From Octopus vulgaris (Eukaryota): a stretch of DNA of 64,000 nucleotides. Below, piece after piece: positions 12,831 to 26,080 of the stretch. Positions within the stretch are counted from its first letter, which is position 1. Each line of letters starts with the position of its first letter. Where the stretch lies: assembly GCA_951406725.2 (NCBI GenBank), contig OX597820.1:102486001-102550000 (forward strand), written 5' to 3'. Below the pieces are notes generated by a model that saw nothing but the letters and a program-made list of their open reading frames with translations, made no database searches and was not told the DNA's origin. The translations under genes were made by a program, and so were the position numbers.

Positions 12831-13199
12831 GTTATTAGTGAAACTGTTGGATGATATACTAAAATTATCTGCAATATATCTGTTTGGTATTTCAAACTTC
12901 GTGCCAAAACTGCAAACGAGCGATCGATTTTGATACAGATAATGTTATCGTTCGATCCATCAATCATGAAATATTAAAAAACTTTAAATATTACTATTTC
13001 GAAATGTTATATACGTCGATTAAACTAAATTACGAAAATTACTATGCTTACTTTACATCAGTAGTACTTCACTGGTGAAAAACATAGGGTGTAGGTAAAT
13101 TTTGTGTTCTGCACGCAGTCCAGTCGTAATTACAGCTGTAAAAGCCATACGAAGAGATATCAGTCATGTCTCCCGTCTACCTATTCCTAACTTTTCTCA

Positions 13200-13430
13200 G
13201 TTCAGTTTACTATGCAACCGACATGATAAAATACTTGCTGTATACTGAAATATTAAACGAATGGAGTGAAAAACGTAGCTGAAGGTTTCACATTTCCAAT
13301 TAATGACGTCGATACCTTGCAGAACTGACTCTAATAGGATAATACTATAGATTATGTATATTCAATGATGCAAGAATATAAAGGGAAAAATAATAGGAAT
13401 ACAATATAAGTATGTACAAAGCAACAGTAG
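13200..13430. repeat. Third partial copy of the duplicated unit
   Basis: Matches 11400-11630 and 20360-20740 (ttcagtttacta...cacatttccaattaatga...ggataatactatagattat). Confidence 0.7.
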
Positions 13431-15427
13431 AAGTAGCAGAGATAATTTTAAAAAATACTAGATCACCCACGCACACACATACACAGACGCACACAAACAC
13501 ACATACACAGACACACACGTATAACATAGAAACTTTTGTGGAATTCTCCATTTACGAATTCCATTAAGGTGAAACGCTTATCACTTTTCCCTTTAAATAT
13601 TATCAGCTAACATTTAAAAAAATCATTATAGCAAAGCCGAAGATCTGTAGAAAACTCGATTCATTGTTATGGACGGTTTATAGTAGAATCAGTCGTAAAA
13701 TATTCCTTTTTTAGTATTTAGTTACATACGTATACGTTCTCACTTCAAATCCCTTTAATTCTTTGGAGCAGGTCATCGATTAAGAAAGTTCCATTCAAGT
13801 ACCAATGTCAGCATATCCTTTATATCGTCTTCCAGTACATGTGACTGTGATAATGTTGAAAACATTAGAGAGACATTGTATGATACTTCGCGACGTCTTG
13901 AGAACAGTCGAGTACTTCGAACATGACTGAATGGCTGATAAATGTTGTTAAACGCTTCTATTTATACTAGAGATATAGAACACTGTTATTATGTATTTTC
14001 GTGTTTGCTCGCTGCATTCCTTAAATTCTAATGGGTATCAAAGTGAAATTACAGGTTGGACGTATTCAATCTTATCACTGAGTCCCATCTTATTTATTTC
14101 AAGAGAAGTTCACACTCTACGTTGCCATCTGCTTCTCTCCCTTATAAGGTCTCTCTTTCTATCACTCATTTAACTACTTTTCCTGGTCCCTCTGCAAAGA
14201 TAACTTAGTCTAGTACCAATTTACCAACCTCTATTCTATTTATTCGTCATATTAAAACAATCCCAGAAATTGGCTAAAGGCGGATGCATTTCTACCCTTT
14301 ATTAGTGTTAGTACTGACTCCTAATTTCTTTTTGGTGCAATATATTTATTTTCTATTTTTCACCGACTTTAAACATATTATTAAAACTATAATATTGAAA
14401 CGGCGAAAGACGATAGAGTTTTGGATTGTGAATTAATAAGTTGGCTGCTGTTGTATAGGCCTGCTGTGTCCATAGGCAAGAGACTTACCTCTCAACTAAC
14501 AAGAACTAGGTTATATCAAGAAGCACGAATCTCTTTTGTATGAGCCGACAGTATTGTATAATTGCTGAGAGTATGTTTGCTTTTAGCATGAAATTGAAGC
14601 TCCCTCAAAACCGTCATAGTCCTTTACATTTGTAAATAGGATGCTTTACGCCGTTTAAATAGCGTTTTGTAAACCATTGTTTTTGTTGAATCATTTCACT
14701 CAAAAGTAATAACTCATTTCTTAAGTACAGGACAAAACAAAAAGCCAGAGATTATAGCACTTGGAATTCTATTTTGATTTACAGTTTTATTATATATTTG
14801 TCTACTTTCGGTACATAGCGTTTTAGATATTTGATCAAAATTGTTAAATTATTCTAATAAGAGATGCCATGGTTCTGAAAAGATTCAGCGAGGCGAATAA
14901 AGAGACATTGTCTGTTAAACTATTACAATGTTGGTCAATTAGATAGTGATATGTAAATGCTAAAATAACTGTTTACTCTAAGCAGAAAATTACATTTAGA
15001 TTTCCTATCAACTACAAAGTGAAGAGAAGCATTCAATTTGTTTTAATATATAAAGTATTACATTGCTTGTAAGATGTCTAAGCTATTATGCAAACTAATC
15101 TTTTATATTAAACAATCAGAATATTAACCAATGAGCGACTTTCATCCTGGCAGTTCGATACGTTAGAAGTAGCCTGCAAATCTCTTTTAAATTATTCTGT
15201 GTCATGTTATTTTTAAGATTGTCTGAAAAACACAGCATTCTTCTGATATACTTCTTTTGTTGGTTCTCGTTATTAGAATGCGGTTATACTGGAACACCAT
15301 GTTCCAGGTGTTTTAGTCAATTATACTAGTGACAATGTAACGATACAGATCCAGCGCTGATATAAAAATATAATATATATACATAATTGCGCGCACACAC
15401 ACACATTTTTATGTGTGCATATATATA

Positions 15428-15464
<37 letters not shown>

Positions 15465-15765
15465 ACAGCATAAGAATGATGTTATAATCTCAGTAGTGTC
15501 CTCGTGAAGCACATTGGCATGTTCCAGTAATCAAACATATGTATATAAATGCTTTATTTTAAATGCAGCATACATACTAGTCGAAAGTTTTGGTGAGTCA
15601 TAATTAGAGAATAAGTATCTGCAAAAAACAAATTTCGGGGTAGAAATGTGCTTTTAGCATATTCGAACTGGTATTAACATTGCATAAAAAACAAAGACTA
15701 GACAGTCTGGTATATTTAAAAAAACTTTTAATTCCAATTAAAGGAATCAATTTTTCAGTTTCTGA

Positions 15766-15893
15766 AATGTGTATAATTACAAACTCACACATACATATAT
15801 AAACACACACACGCGCACATACGCATGCACATACTCACGTACAAACGCATGCATACACTCCCCACACATATATAAATATATATACATATATAA

Positions 15894-15966
<73 letters not shown>

Positions 15967-16144
15967 TATGTATATATACGCGAGGTGCTTTTGGAGGAGA
16001 CTGGGAAACTACAGTGAATTTACTAATGTGTATAATTACAAACTCACACATACATATATAAACACACACACGCGCACATACGCATGCACATACTCACGTA
16101 CAAACGCATGCATACACTCCCCACACATATATAAATATATATAC

Positions 16145-16233
<89 letters not shown>

Positions 16234-16279
16234 CGCGAGGTGCTTTTGGAGGAGACTGGGAAACTACAGTGAATTTACT
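15766..16279. repeat. Near-identical tandem duplication (15766-16024 / 16025-16279)
   Basis: The two units differ only in the (TA)n tract. Confidence 0.9.
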
Positions 16280-16549
16280 TGCTCAAAGTGCCGTAGAGTG
16301 TGGTCGATTTCGGAATTGTGTCTCTAAGTGAGTTTATAAATCAGATAGAAATGCCAGCAGATGCATATAAATAGAATTTCTGTAGTCATTAGCCTGCTCG
16401 ATGAGGATTGATTTGATTGCAAACAAACAGCAGTGTCCAACTCAGTTTGCTTGTAGAGAGAGAGAAAAATAAAAACGATATGACCTAGTTGATTGTGCTC
16501 AAAGTCACAGCCAAGTATCTTATTTTGTATGTAGTTTTGTTTCGTTTCA

Positions 16550-17400
16550 TACATAGCTTTACTGTTTTGTACGTAGTTTTCTACATGTTGGCCTGTATCC
16601 CAGTGGACAAAGCTACTATCTCGTTTATATCTAGGAGTATATAAGGCCTATATAGGGACTGAACTGTTGAAAATGAATGCATTAGCCGTCTGTTTGTACT
16701 GACTACATTGCCTGCACTTGATGTTACCATTTTCTTACGTTGTAGTTCTTTGTAGCTAAGCATGTTTAGACATGATTTTGCTTAAAATCAGACCCTCTGT
16801 TTCTGATTTTAGCTCAAAACTTCTGAGTCAGTCTATCTTCTAGTTTTGTTTCCACTTTTCTCTCGCTAAGTGCGAAATATTGGTATATGAGTGGTTTTTC
16901 TCATTTTCCTTACAGATATTTTGGAACTGCGTCCCGTTATTAATTATTGCTATTTTTTAATCTCCTCTAAAATTTGATCTCATCTAAAACTTTTTTCAAT
17001 TGTATTTCAAGTCTGTACTTTATTGTTTTCCTATATATATATTTTTCTCACTAATTTTTCTGACATACATTTTGAAACTGCATTTCGTTTTCGCCTATTA
17101 CTGTTCTTAATCTCATCAGAGACTTGTCCTTATCTGAATCTGTTTTAGTTGTATTTCTAGTATGTACTCCACTGTTTGCTTATATTTTACAGAAAATATT
17201 CTCATTTTGGCGATTCTTTTTTACATTACTCTCTTTCGATTTGGTTGCTAGGTACTATTCTATTGATACCAAGCGTCGCCTCCCTGTATGAGGGGTAGAT
17301 ACATTGTTTCTATACTGGGATTGTAGCTTCGGAACTCTGATAGTAGTTTTATTGTTTTTCTGTCTAAAGCTGCAGTTTAACTTGAAAAGTTCTTTTCTGA
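16550..17400 (-). pseudogene. Ancient Dong/R4-type LINE relic, C-terminal part
   Basis: Minus-strand pieces ALDRKTIKLL, MYLPLIQGG, *EKPLIYQY, *LRSFELKSETEGLI, LATKNY and KCRQC align in order to the young element at 28.6-30.8 kb. Confidence 0.7.
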
Positions 17401-18311
17401 ACTTGCTTGTAACTTTTGCGTTTCTCTTTTAGAGTTCCCTCTAATCCTTAGTATTTAAATGAGTTTAATTATGTTTTCGGTGTCAGTATTAAATTAACTA
17501 AAGCTGATTGCTTTAAATTAGTCTTTTATCCTAATACCCAAGCTTTACTTTCTAATAATTACCGGTAACTTTTTCGAAACAGTAAATTACACTTATTATA
17601 ATTATTTCTATCTAGTCTCTTCAGTTCTCTGTCATTTTCTGCAGAAAATTATATAAAGAGTGAACGACATAGTTTAACTGTCAGGACACACCTGTCAAGA
17701 TTTATATCGCCCGAGTGTTTTATATCCGACATCGACATTTTATGGTGCACTTTTTAGGTTAAATAGCTTCAACTAATTATGAAACACATCGACTAAGAAA
17801 AACATCTTCTATAATATTATCTTCTTACATTCAGCAAACCTTCTATTGAGTCCCAAAGCAAAGAAATTTATGTGTACTATAAATTGTTCTTATTTTGTTG
17901 TAATTCCTTTCTACTATTTCTACTGATATTGTTTTGTTGTAATTAACCAAGTTGAAGTTTGCCATATATCAACATCTTAGAAAGGGATATTTTAAATCTT
18001 AAGTTCTATTTTCTTCCCGAAGAATGTTTGTTTCACAATCAGAGAAATGAAGAATGTGCCAGAAAGCTAGGTGAGTACAGTTATTTAATTCGTATTTTAA
18101 AGAATGGGAACTTAAATTTCGGAGTGGAAAACGTAGCGAACCGTGAGACTTTAGGGAAATAGCTTGAATCCTACTTCATTTATAACTGTGTTGTCTATGA
18201 CACCTATTGAAATAGCTCAGTCCATGTAGCAGTACATAAAGATTGCTAAGTATCAAATAATCATGGTTGAATTCTACGTTTGAAGTAAGTATGATATTTT
18301 GTTATTAGAGA

Positions 18312-20032
18312 TCTCTTCTTGTGGGTGTACCACGTTTGTTTCCTGTTTTGAAATTGCTGTTTGCTCTGACGAGTATTTTTTGAATTGTGTTTTTCTTCCC
18401 ATTTATGGGAGAACCAACGAGAAGTACTATGAGAACTGAACCAGCCAAGAGCCACAGTTATGCGGCTGCAACTGGCAGAGGTATCGCAGTCCAAAATTTT
18501 GGAGGTGCGAGAAATAAAAATCAAGTCGGAAATGTTAAAGGAATGCGGCAACCTTTTAGAAAAAGAAGGCCACAATCTAAAGTTGACGCCTCAGCTCGAA
18601 TTGATACATAGTGTAAAGAGGAAAATAATAATTTATAAAATTCTCAAAATATCATCGAAGAAAATTGAAGTAGCACCAATAGAAGAAATTGAGAAAAGTT
18701 TCAAAGAGATTAAAAAGAAGACGACATTCATAAGAGGAAGAAAATATGGCTTAGTGGAAGTGCGTTTCAATAGCGCGGTCGAAGCGATATTGCACTCCAC
18801 TGATGCCATAAAATCGGAAGAGTGGGTTTCCTACCAATTTACTGCGGCAGAAGAGTTTTCCGAGTGAGGGTGGGAAAAGTACGACCAGAAATAAAGGAGA
18901 CATGGTTGGTTGCAGCGATAATACACAACATAGAAGAGGATACCAGGATCCGAAGGTGACAAGAACGAGAAAGGTGGACTGTTGGGGTTACGGTATCGAG
19001 ATGTCACTTCAGACAACCGAGAGTGACATGATCAAGATCCCAGAAGAAATCATTCTGCCAGAAGATGTGAGATTGAGGATAGTGGTGGAGGGTAGGCCTC
19101 CCAGATGTTATTTGTGTGGCGAAAAAGGCCACATGAAGTCGAGGTGCCCCTCCAGAGAAAAGAAAAAGAACAAGAAATGGAACAGTCGGAGGAGTAGGAG
19201 AAAGCGAATGATGGGGTACAGGAGGAGGAGAAAGTGGCAGAAGTGGTTAAAAAATGAAAAAGGAAGGGCTCTCCGCGGAAGAGACAGAAAAAGAAGAAAG
19301 AAACAAAGGAGATAGAGGAAGCAGTTGTAAAGGAGGTTGAAAAGGAGATTGAGAGAGAGGTAGAAAAGGAGGTCGAGAAAGAAATTATGGAGGAGGAAAA
19401 AACAGAAGCAAGCAGACTGGAAGGCTGTTTAACCTATGAAGTGGAACAGCAGCAAAAGGAAGAAGCGACAACGATTGAAATGGATAAAGTGACGCCAAGA
19501 ACAGAACAGAGTAAACAAAAACGGAGAAAATATAATTGGTATCTTGTAAAATATGACAAAAATGTGTGCACGAAAAATGGTTACAAAAATGAAATCAGTT
19601 ATAAGGGTGAAGTTGCCGAAGGACAGTTACGGTAAGAATGTGAAGGCGAAATTGATAGACAAGGAAAGGTACAGCAGGTGGAAGGGAAAATGCAGATTAG
19701 AACCACCAACATAAGAGGTAGAGTTCGACGAACTACCGTCAGTGGTCGAACTAAATGAATTAGGGCCTAATATAAAAAGTTTTTAAAAGAAGAGTAACTT
19801 GTGTTTTTTAAAAAAGAGTAAAATCAAAAGATGCAAAGAGGATATAAACACAACACTGATGATAAACGGACAGTAACAACGTTTAAATGGTACTGCATGT
19901 GAGTGGGGCGCACACAGCCATTTCATCTTCATCGATTTCATTGTACGTATTACCATTTTTCATTCGTTTTATATTTTTGTCCCCACTGTTCTGTCCTGTC
20001 CGCGGTGTGTCAGGCTCTTGTGGCTGTAATAA
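18312..20032 (+). mobile_element. ORF1-only (HAL1-like) non-autonomous Tx1/L1-type retroelement
   Basis: Boundaries are defined by the empty paralogous site near 10880. Contains a single frameshifted gag-like ORF, then ~250 bp of UTR with a pyrimidine-rich tail ending ggctcttgtggctgtaataa. Confidence 0.7.
18429..19786 (+). pseudogene. Gag-like ORF1 protein with zinc knuckle, frameshifted
   Basis: N-terminal SYAAA, RRM-like GLVEVRFNS, IVVEGRPPRCYLCGEKGHMKSRC (CX2CX4HX4C) and an E/K-rich C-terminus, spread over several frames. Confidence 0.8.
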
Positions 20033-20502
20033 CAATCATTACTGAGTAATGCATTATGAGCAAATGGCTGATCATCTATTTACGGAACACTAATAAAGCA
20101 AAGTAAAGTAACTTATTCCATCATGAATGAATGAGGCCAACAAAGGAAGAATGTAAATAATAATCTTCTCGCAAATGACATATTTCTTGATAACACATTA
20201 ATGCAGTGGCTTGGAAGAACTGCTAGAATATCGGACATAATAGGAAGTAGTATTTCAGGGTCCCATTTATGTTCAGGGATCAAATCTCTCTGGAGTCGAC
20301 TTTATCTTTCATCCATCCAAGATGGATACAATCAGTAACAGTAATAAACTATAGGCAATTCAGTTTACTACGTAACTAAGCTCACATAATATTTGTTGTG
20401 TATTGAAGCATGAAACATGGATTGAATAATGCAACATTAAGCTACACATTTCCAATTAATGAGGTTGATAGCAAGTAGAACATAAATCAACAGGATAATA
20501 AT

Positions 20503-20631
20503 CCTTTCTACTATAGGCACAATGTCTGAAATTTTGGGGAGGAGATTAGTCAGTTACACCGCTCTCGGTGTTTTACTGGTACTCAGTTTATTGACCTCAA
20601 AAGGATGAAAGGCAAAGTCGACCTCGGCGGA
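20503..20631 (-). mobile_element. SINE family B, 5'-truncated, with ~25-bp TSD
   Basis: Flanked by agaacataaatcaaYaggaWaataat direct repeats (~20477-20502 and ~20632-20658). Confidence 0.85.
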
Positions 20632-21099
20632 AGAACATAAATCAATAGGAAAATAATGCTATAGATTATTCTCAATGATATAAGAAGAATATGGTTAGGA
20701 AAATAATAGAAATACGGTATAAGTTTGTGCAAAGTAGAAATCTCAGGAAAAAAAACGAAGTCACAGAGAAAACTATATAGAAAAGTTAATGGCGTGCACT
20801 ACGTATTTGGCTGCAATGATATCTATTCTAAAAAAAGAAAACGTATGAAGCATATCTTGTCTATACAATAAATTTTCAATCATAGAAAAATATCTCTGTT
20901 GAAAAATAAAAATGACTACTTCAAGGTATGGTAGTTTGATGAGTTTAACAAAACATCCACTTTATTTTAAAGAAAGCTTACTGAAGTATAAATAAAAACG
21001 ATACGTACATAAAGAGTACTTACGAATATAAATTATGAATTGTGTAAAGTGGTGAAAAAAATAAGAAACAAAATAACGATGAAAGGTTAATTTACAATT

Positions 21100-21700
21100 T
21101 ACCCATTTGTCTAGTTCCATATTCATTCTTATGTCTTTGCAGAATTTATAAACAATTTTTAATTGTTTTTCAATTAAATATTATATTTTGTAAATATTTT
21201 CGAATTATCATATGAAGGAGATGGCTCATAGTTTGTTCATAACATTTATAACCGTTGGTAGTTCTAGTAATTAGATTTTTAACAGAATCCGTACTAGCAA
21301 AAGGATGGCGGAATAATGAGTTTTGTTGGGTGATGGTTCTTTTTATGCGTATGGCGCTGTTTTTAATTATCTTCTCCCTGTCTTGTTGCGGAAATGTTGT
21401 TTCCGTAATGTCACTATTGATTTATTTTGTTAGTAATCAGCTGATTTATTTATCGTGTTTTCAGTATCCATGAAAGTAGTATACGATTGAATACTTTTCG
21501 GTAATCCATCCAGAAGATACTAAATTTTTTGTCTTTTCCTCTCTAAGCTGTCTTCTATAATAGCTCGGTTCCAGTTACTTCAATTTTACAGCCATAATCC
21601 CCTCCCGCCATCTTAAAATTTTGATCTTCAAACTCAAATCTCTTTGCGATTCCTTTCTTAAATCTGTGTACTGTCCATTTCTTAAGGTACAATTTGAGGT
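21100..21700 (-). pseudogene. Ancient Dong/R4-type reverse transcriptase relic
   Basis: Minus-strand pieces YGCK, NRAIIED, FWMDYRKVFN..WILK, IRIKRTITQQNSL, NGYK..SHLLHM and KFCKDIRMNMELDK match the RT at 29.8-30.8 kb in order. Confidence 0.75.
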
Positions 21701-22637
21701 CATTCATATACAAATAGTCACTGTTTATTCACCTCACAGTATCTGTAAACAGATTGATTTTCCTTAATGTTGTTGACGCCTGACAGGAAAGAAATGCTTC
21801 TATTTACATTTTTGGCGGTGGAACCTTTAATCAATTAATTCACTACGTGAAAATCATATTTCCAACATCACTCAACTTATTAGATAAAACGTAAATTATT
21901 CACAAAAGGAATCCTCAAAAGGTAGTTGTTAAGACAGAGTTAGCATATAATAATGAATAAGTTATCATTGTTGTTCAACTCCGACCGGGCAGAATTGTGA
22001 TCAAAAGCATTCAAAATACGTTCATTTATTCTTTAAGAAAGGTTATTAGTGGATATTTGACTTCTATGTTTAGCAGCTCAATAACCAAAAAGAACTACTC
22101 TTATTCGATCGTATTCCGCATTACCTCAAATCAATCAGCTTTGAATTTATAAATGAAATCTTTTCAGATGTAAATTTGATAAATCGTATGGCACTAATAT
22201 TGCTCATAATAACAATCCCGTGAACATAAACTTCAAAAGATTGGAACAGCTGCTAATTTTGCAAGACAAGTTTAGTTTTTATAGAAATTTAACATCTGTA
22301 AAATGCTGAACAAAACATCTTTAGTCCGAAAAGACATCTCTTGCAATCTGACGAAATTTAATTCAGCTAACAATATTCTATTTATAATGATTCAGTTCTT
22401 CATATAATCTTTGCAGGTATGAAACAAATTGAATAAAATGGCCTACAAGCATATCGTCGTCATCAAATAAATCGATTATGTTTTAATTAATTAGTGTCGT
22501 AATTAAAAAAAATCGATTATATTGGAAAAAGTGAATGTATTAAACTTGTTAACGGCAAGTTGAAATAATGCTTAAAATGTAACTATCCAAAAGAATGAGC
22601 TTGATTTGTGTTGTTAGTACTGGCATACATCTAGGAA

Positions 22638-22885
22638 ATGGAGGCACAAGTCTTAGTGGTTATGGTGTTGGGCTCATGATCGTAAGATAGTGGTTTCGAT
22701 TCCTGAACCGGGTGATGCGTTGTGCTCTTGAGCGAAACACTTCAGTTCCCGTTGCTCCAGTCTCCGCAGCTGACAAAAACGAGTAATCCTGCGGCAGATG
22801 GGCGTCCCGTTCAGGTGGGGAATATGTACGCCATGGAAACCAGCACTATGAAACCGTATGACTCGAGAAGGAGCTTTACTTAAGT
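22638..22885 (+). mobile_element. SINE family C (tRNA head plus CORE-like domain)
   Basis: tagtggttatgg A-box, ggtttcgattcc B-box, gttgtgctcttgagcgaaacactt...ttgctccagt. Confidence 0.75.
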
Positions 22886-23962
22886 TACTTTCCATCTAGG
22901 GAAAGAAACTCGGTATCCAAGTTCAACATACTGGGAATAGATTAAGATAATGCTGGGTGGGTTCACTTCTATGAACAGCAAGACAACTATATAATTTATA
23001 AGTCTCTCTAGTTTATCGTGTTGTACATCATGATAGAAAGGCCATTTATTTCAATGAATTTAAGCACCGAAGAAAAAATAATAATTACATCTCGTGATTA
23101 TAAGGAATGGGGATGGATATGCGGCATTATGATGGGTTCATGTTTTTTCTCAAGGTACCAACATATTAAGACACAAAATATCTGAAAACACAACTGTTTA
23201 CAATTAACAAAGAGACCCGTAAAGGATATCTGAATTGACCATACTGCTTGTAATACTTCGGTTTTAAGAGTTTTCCCAATTGTTAAATTTTGTTTTCAAT
23301 ACCAGCCGGAGATTATATATTTGTACTACAAAGTGAAAGACTGAAAGTTTTGGGGATAAACAAGAGGATGAACCTAATTTTAGTCAACCAGAATTCGGTC
23401 TTTTAGTTCTTCGATATGTTTATGTTTGTAATCAACGTGAAGAAAAATAATCCATACGCTGAAATAAAAGAGCGAAGCAGAAATATTCGGAAGTCAAGCC
23501 ATTTAAGGCAACATCTATGACTTTCATACCCCAAACCACTTGTAATAGTTCTCAAATAAACTTTAAATGTCTTTTAAGACCTTTATTATTATTTCCCAAA
23601 GAATATTTTAGAATTTGGAAATTTGATCTTTTGACTTGATGACATTTTGTTGTTTGAGTTTTGGCCTTGGCAAGACCTGCTGTGCTGAAGTAAGTAGCTG
23701 TGGCTTAACCTGTCATATGCGCTAGAAAAACTATGGATGTGTTTGCGATAGCAAGCAACAAGGTAATAAGTTGTTTCACCAATGTAATGGGCACCAAAAG
23801 TTTGCTGGTGATACAGTATATAATTTGGAAGACATACAACAACAATTTTGTGTGACATGGTACTGTGACTTAGAGTGAGTGATGTATATGTATGTATTAT
23901 GGATGTATGCGAGTGTACGTATATGAGTGCACGCACACACAGATATGTATTTATATATATAG

Positions 23963-24044
<82 letters not shown>

Positions 24045-24047
<3 letters not shown>

Positions 24048-24383
24048 TGAATGCGCATGGCTCAGTGGTTAGAGCGTCGAGCTTACGATCGTGAGGTTGT
24101 GAGTTCCAATCCCGGACCGGACTGTGCGTTGTGTTCTTGAGCAAGACCCTTTATTTCACGTTGCTCCAGTTCACTCAGCTGTAGAAATGAGTTGCGACGA
24201 CAATGATGCCAAGCTGTATCGGCCTTTGCCTTTCCCTTGGATAACACTGGTGGTGTGGAGAGGGGAGGCCGGTATGCATGGACAAATGTTGGTCTTCCAT
24301 AAACAACCTTGCCCGGACTAGTGCCTGGGAGGGTAACTTTCTAGGTGCAATCCCATGGTCAATCATGACCGAAGGGGGTCTCA

Positions 24384-24385
<2 letters not shown>
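24045..24385 (+). mobile_element. SINE family C, inserted in a (TG)n/(TA)n microsatellite
   Basis: tggctcagtggttagagcg A-box, gagttccaatccc B-box, CORE-like gttgtgttcttgagcaagac...cagctgtagaaatgag. Confidence 0.85.
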
Positions 24386-24444
<59 letters not shown>

Positions 24445-25504
24445 ATGTGTTTAATATATATTGTTATGATGACTTGGAGAAAACCTGCCAAAAGGGAACT
24501 GTTTTTTTTCTGTCAGAGGTAATTATGAATATATTTATTCATCAAGAGATACATTTTAAATGAATATATATATATATTCGAATATATCTATCTATCAGTA
24601 CATAACACACTTATTTTATTGTCCTCGAAATGATGGGTGCATAAGAGTAACCTCAATGTGATTCGAACTCTGAACATAAAAATTCATCAGAACTAAACGC
24701 CGCAAGATATTTAAACTGTCACTTCACCGATTCTTCCATCGATTGCCTCTACATGATGTATAGTAACGATTTCTATCATAGTAACGATTTCTATCATAAA
24801 CACAATGCCACACATCTCTTACAGTATCTAATTGATATCATATTTTATCAATCTCAGAAGGTTGAAAAAGACGTAACTAAATATCAAAAGGTATTTTATC
24901 CAACTAGAAAGATGTTGCCAACTATTTCACCACGCTGATGCATAATATTAAGAGTAATACTATAAAATTTTCATTATATGCTAATAAGAAACATAACAAT
25001 ATTCTAGCAATCTAACTCCGAAACATTATCCAAAAGAAACAACCAGAATGTAATTTCCTATACTAATGTATATCTCAGCAATTTGCTCTTCCAAGTTAAT
25101 AGAAATTTAACTACTAATGGAATTTGTTCAGACTGCAGTCTGAATTAACAGAGTAAAGTAACGACTACGATCACACTCAGCTAGTGCAACGCATTTACGT
25201 ATTACAGAATTACAGTCACAAGCTCTCTACATGTCAATGGGGTCCTGCTTAATAAATAGATTAGAAAATACAAAAATAAATCCTATATCTATACACAACC
25301 TAAAACTATTTTAAAATATTTGCCTATACTATGTAAGTCAAAAAGAGATGAAAAGGACAGATTAACGGAGAGCAAAAAGAGAAGGAACGAAGGAATCAAA
25401 GAGAATCTAAATACGAGAACAGTTATCGCTCCACAATCCAACATTAAAAAAATAATAACTCTGTAGGTCCACATATCATAGGACCTTCTGGTCCTCGCCA
25501 AACC

Positions 25505-25825
25505 AGAACGTTCAAATTCCGCCGCGGTCGACTTTGCTTTTCATCTTTTCGGGGTCGATAAATTAAGTACCAGTTACACACTGGGGTTGATGTAATCGAC
25601 TTAATACCTATGTCTGTTTTTGTTTGTCCCCTCTGTTTAGCCCCTTGTGGGTAATAAAGAAATAGGTATTTCGTCTGTCTTTACGTTCAAATTCCGCCGC
25701 TGTCGACTTTGCCTTTCATCTTTTCGGCGTCGATAAGTTAAGTGCCAGGTGCGTGCTGGGGTCGATCTAATTGACTGGCCCTCTCCCTCAAAATTTTGTG
25801 CCTTGTGCCTAGAGTAGAGAGATTA
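25505..25825 (+). mobile_element. SINE family B dimer, first unit with Tx1-type tail
   Basis: Two gtcgactttgcYtttcatc units joined by gccccttgtgggtaataaagaaata|ggtatttcgtc. Confidence 0.85.
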
Positions 25826-26080
25826 TATATTCATTGGTATGTATTTAAGCGCCCCGACTTACAATATTCTCTCAACAGACCACCAACAACACACTTACAC
25901 TGCCTTTTAAACGCAGGGTTAAATAAGATTATAATTTATTTCTGCTCTTCAGTGGAGTGGTATACGCTTCATTACTTTTGTTCGTTCATGGCTGGTTTTT
26001 TAAGCACACATTCCTGTTACAAAAACCACAATAAATTATGTGGACAACCTAATTATTATTAGCTTAACAGTAGTTGATAA

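Larger units (their letters stand above)
17541..21100. repeat. Copy 2 of the duplicated unit, interrupted by the ORF1-only element and a SINE
   Basis: Collinear with 10093-11910 once 18312-20032 and 20503-20631 are removed. Confidence 0.8.

Noticed and set aside
14480-14650. Possible mariner fragment (LGYIKK...)
   Set aside because: Similarity too weak to support by eye.
15570-15632. Candidate 41-nt minus-strand exon (ttttttgcag ... gtatgt)
   Set aside because: Splice-like signals alone are common; there is no partner exon or protein similarity, so RNA-seq is needed.
24045-24120. tRNA-like sequence
   Set aside because: Continues into a CORE-like SINE body and lacks a proper acceptor stem; it is a SINE head, not a tRNA gene.
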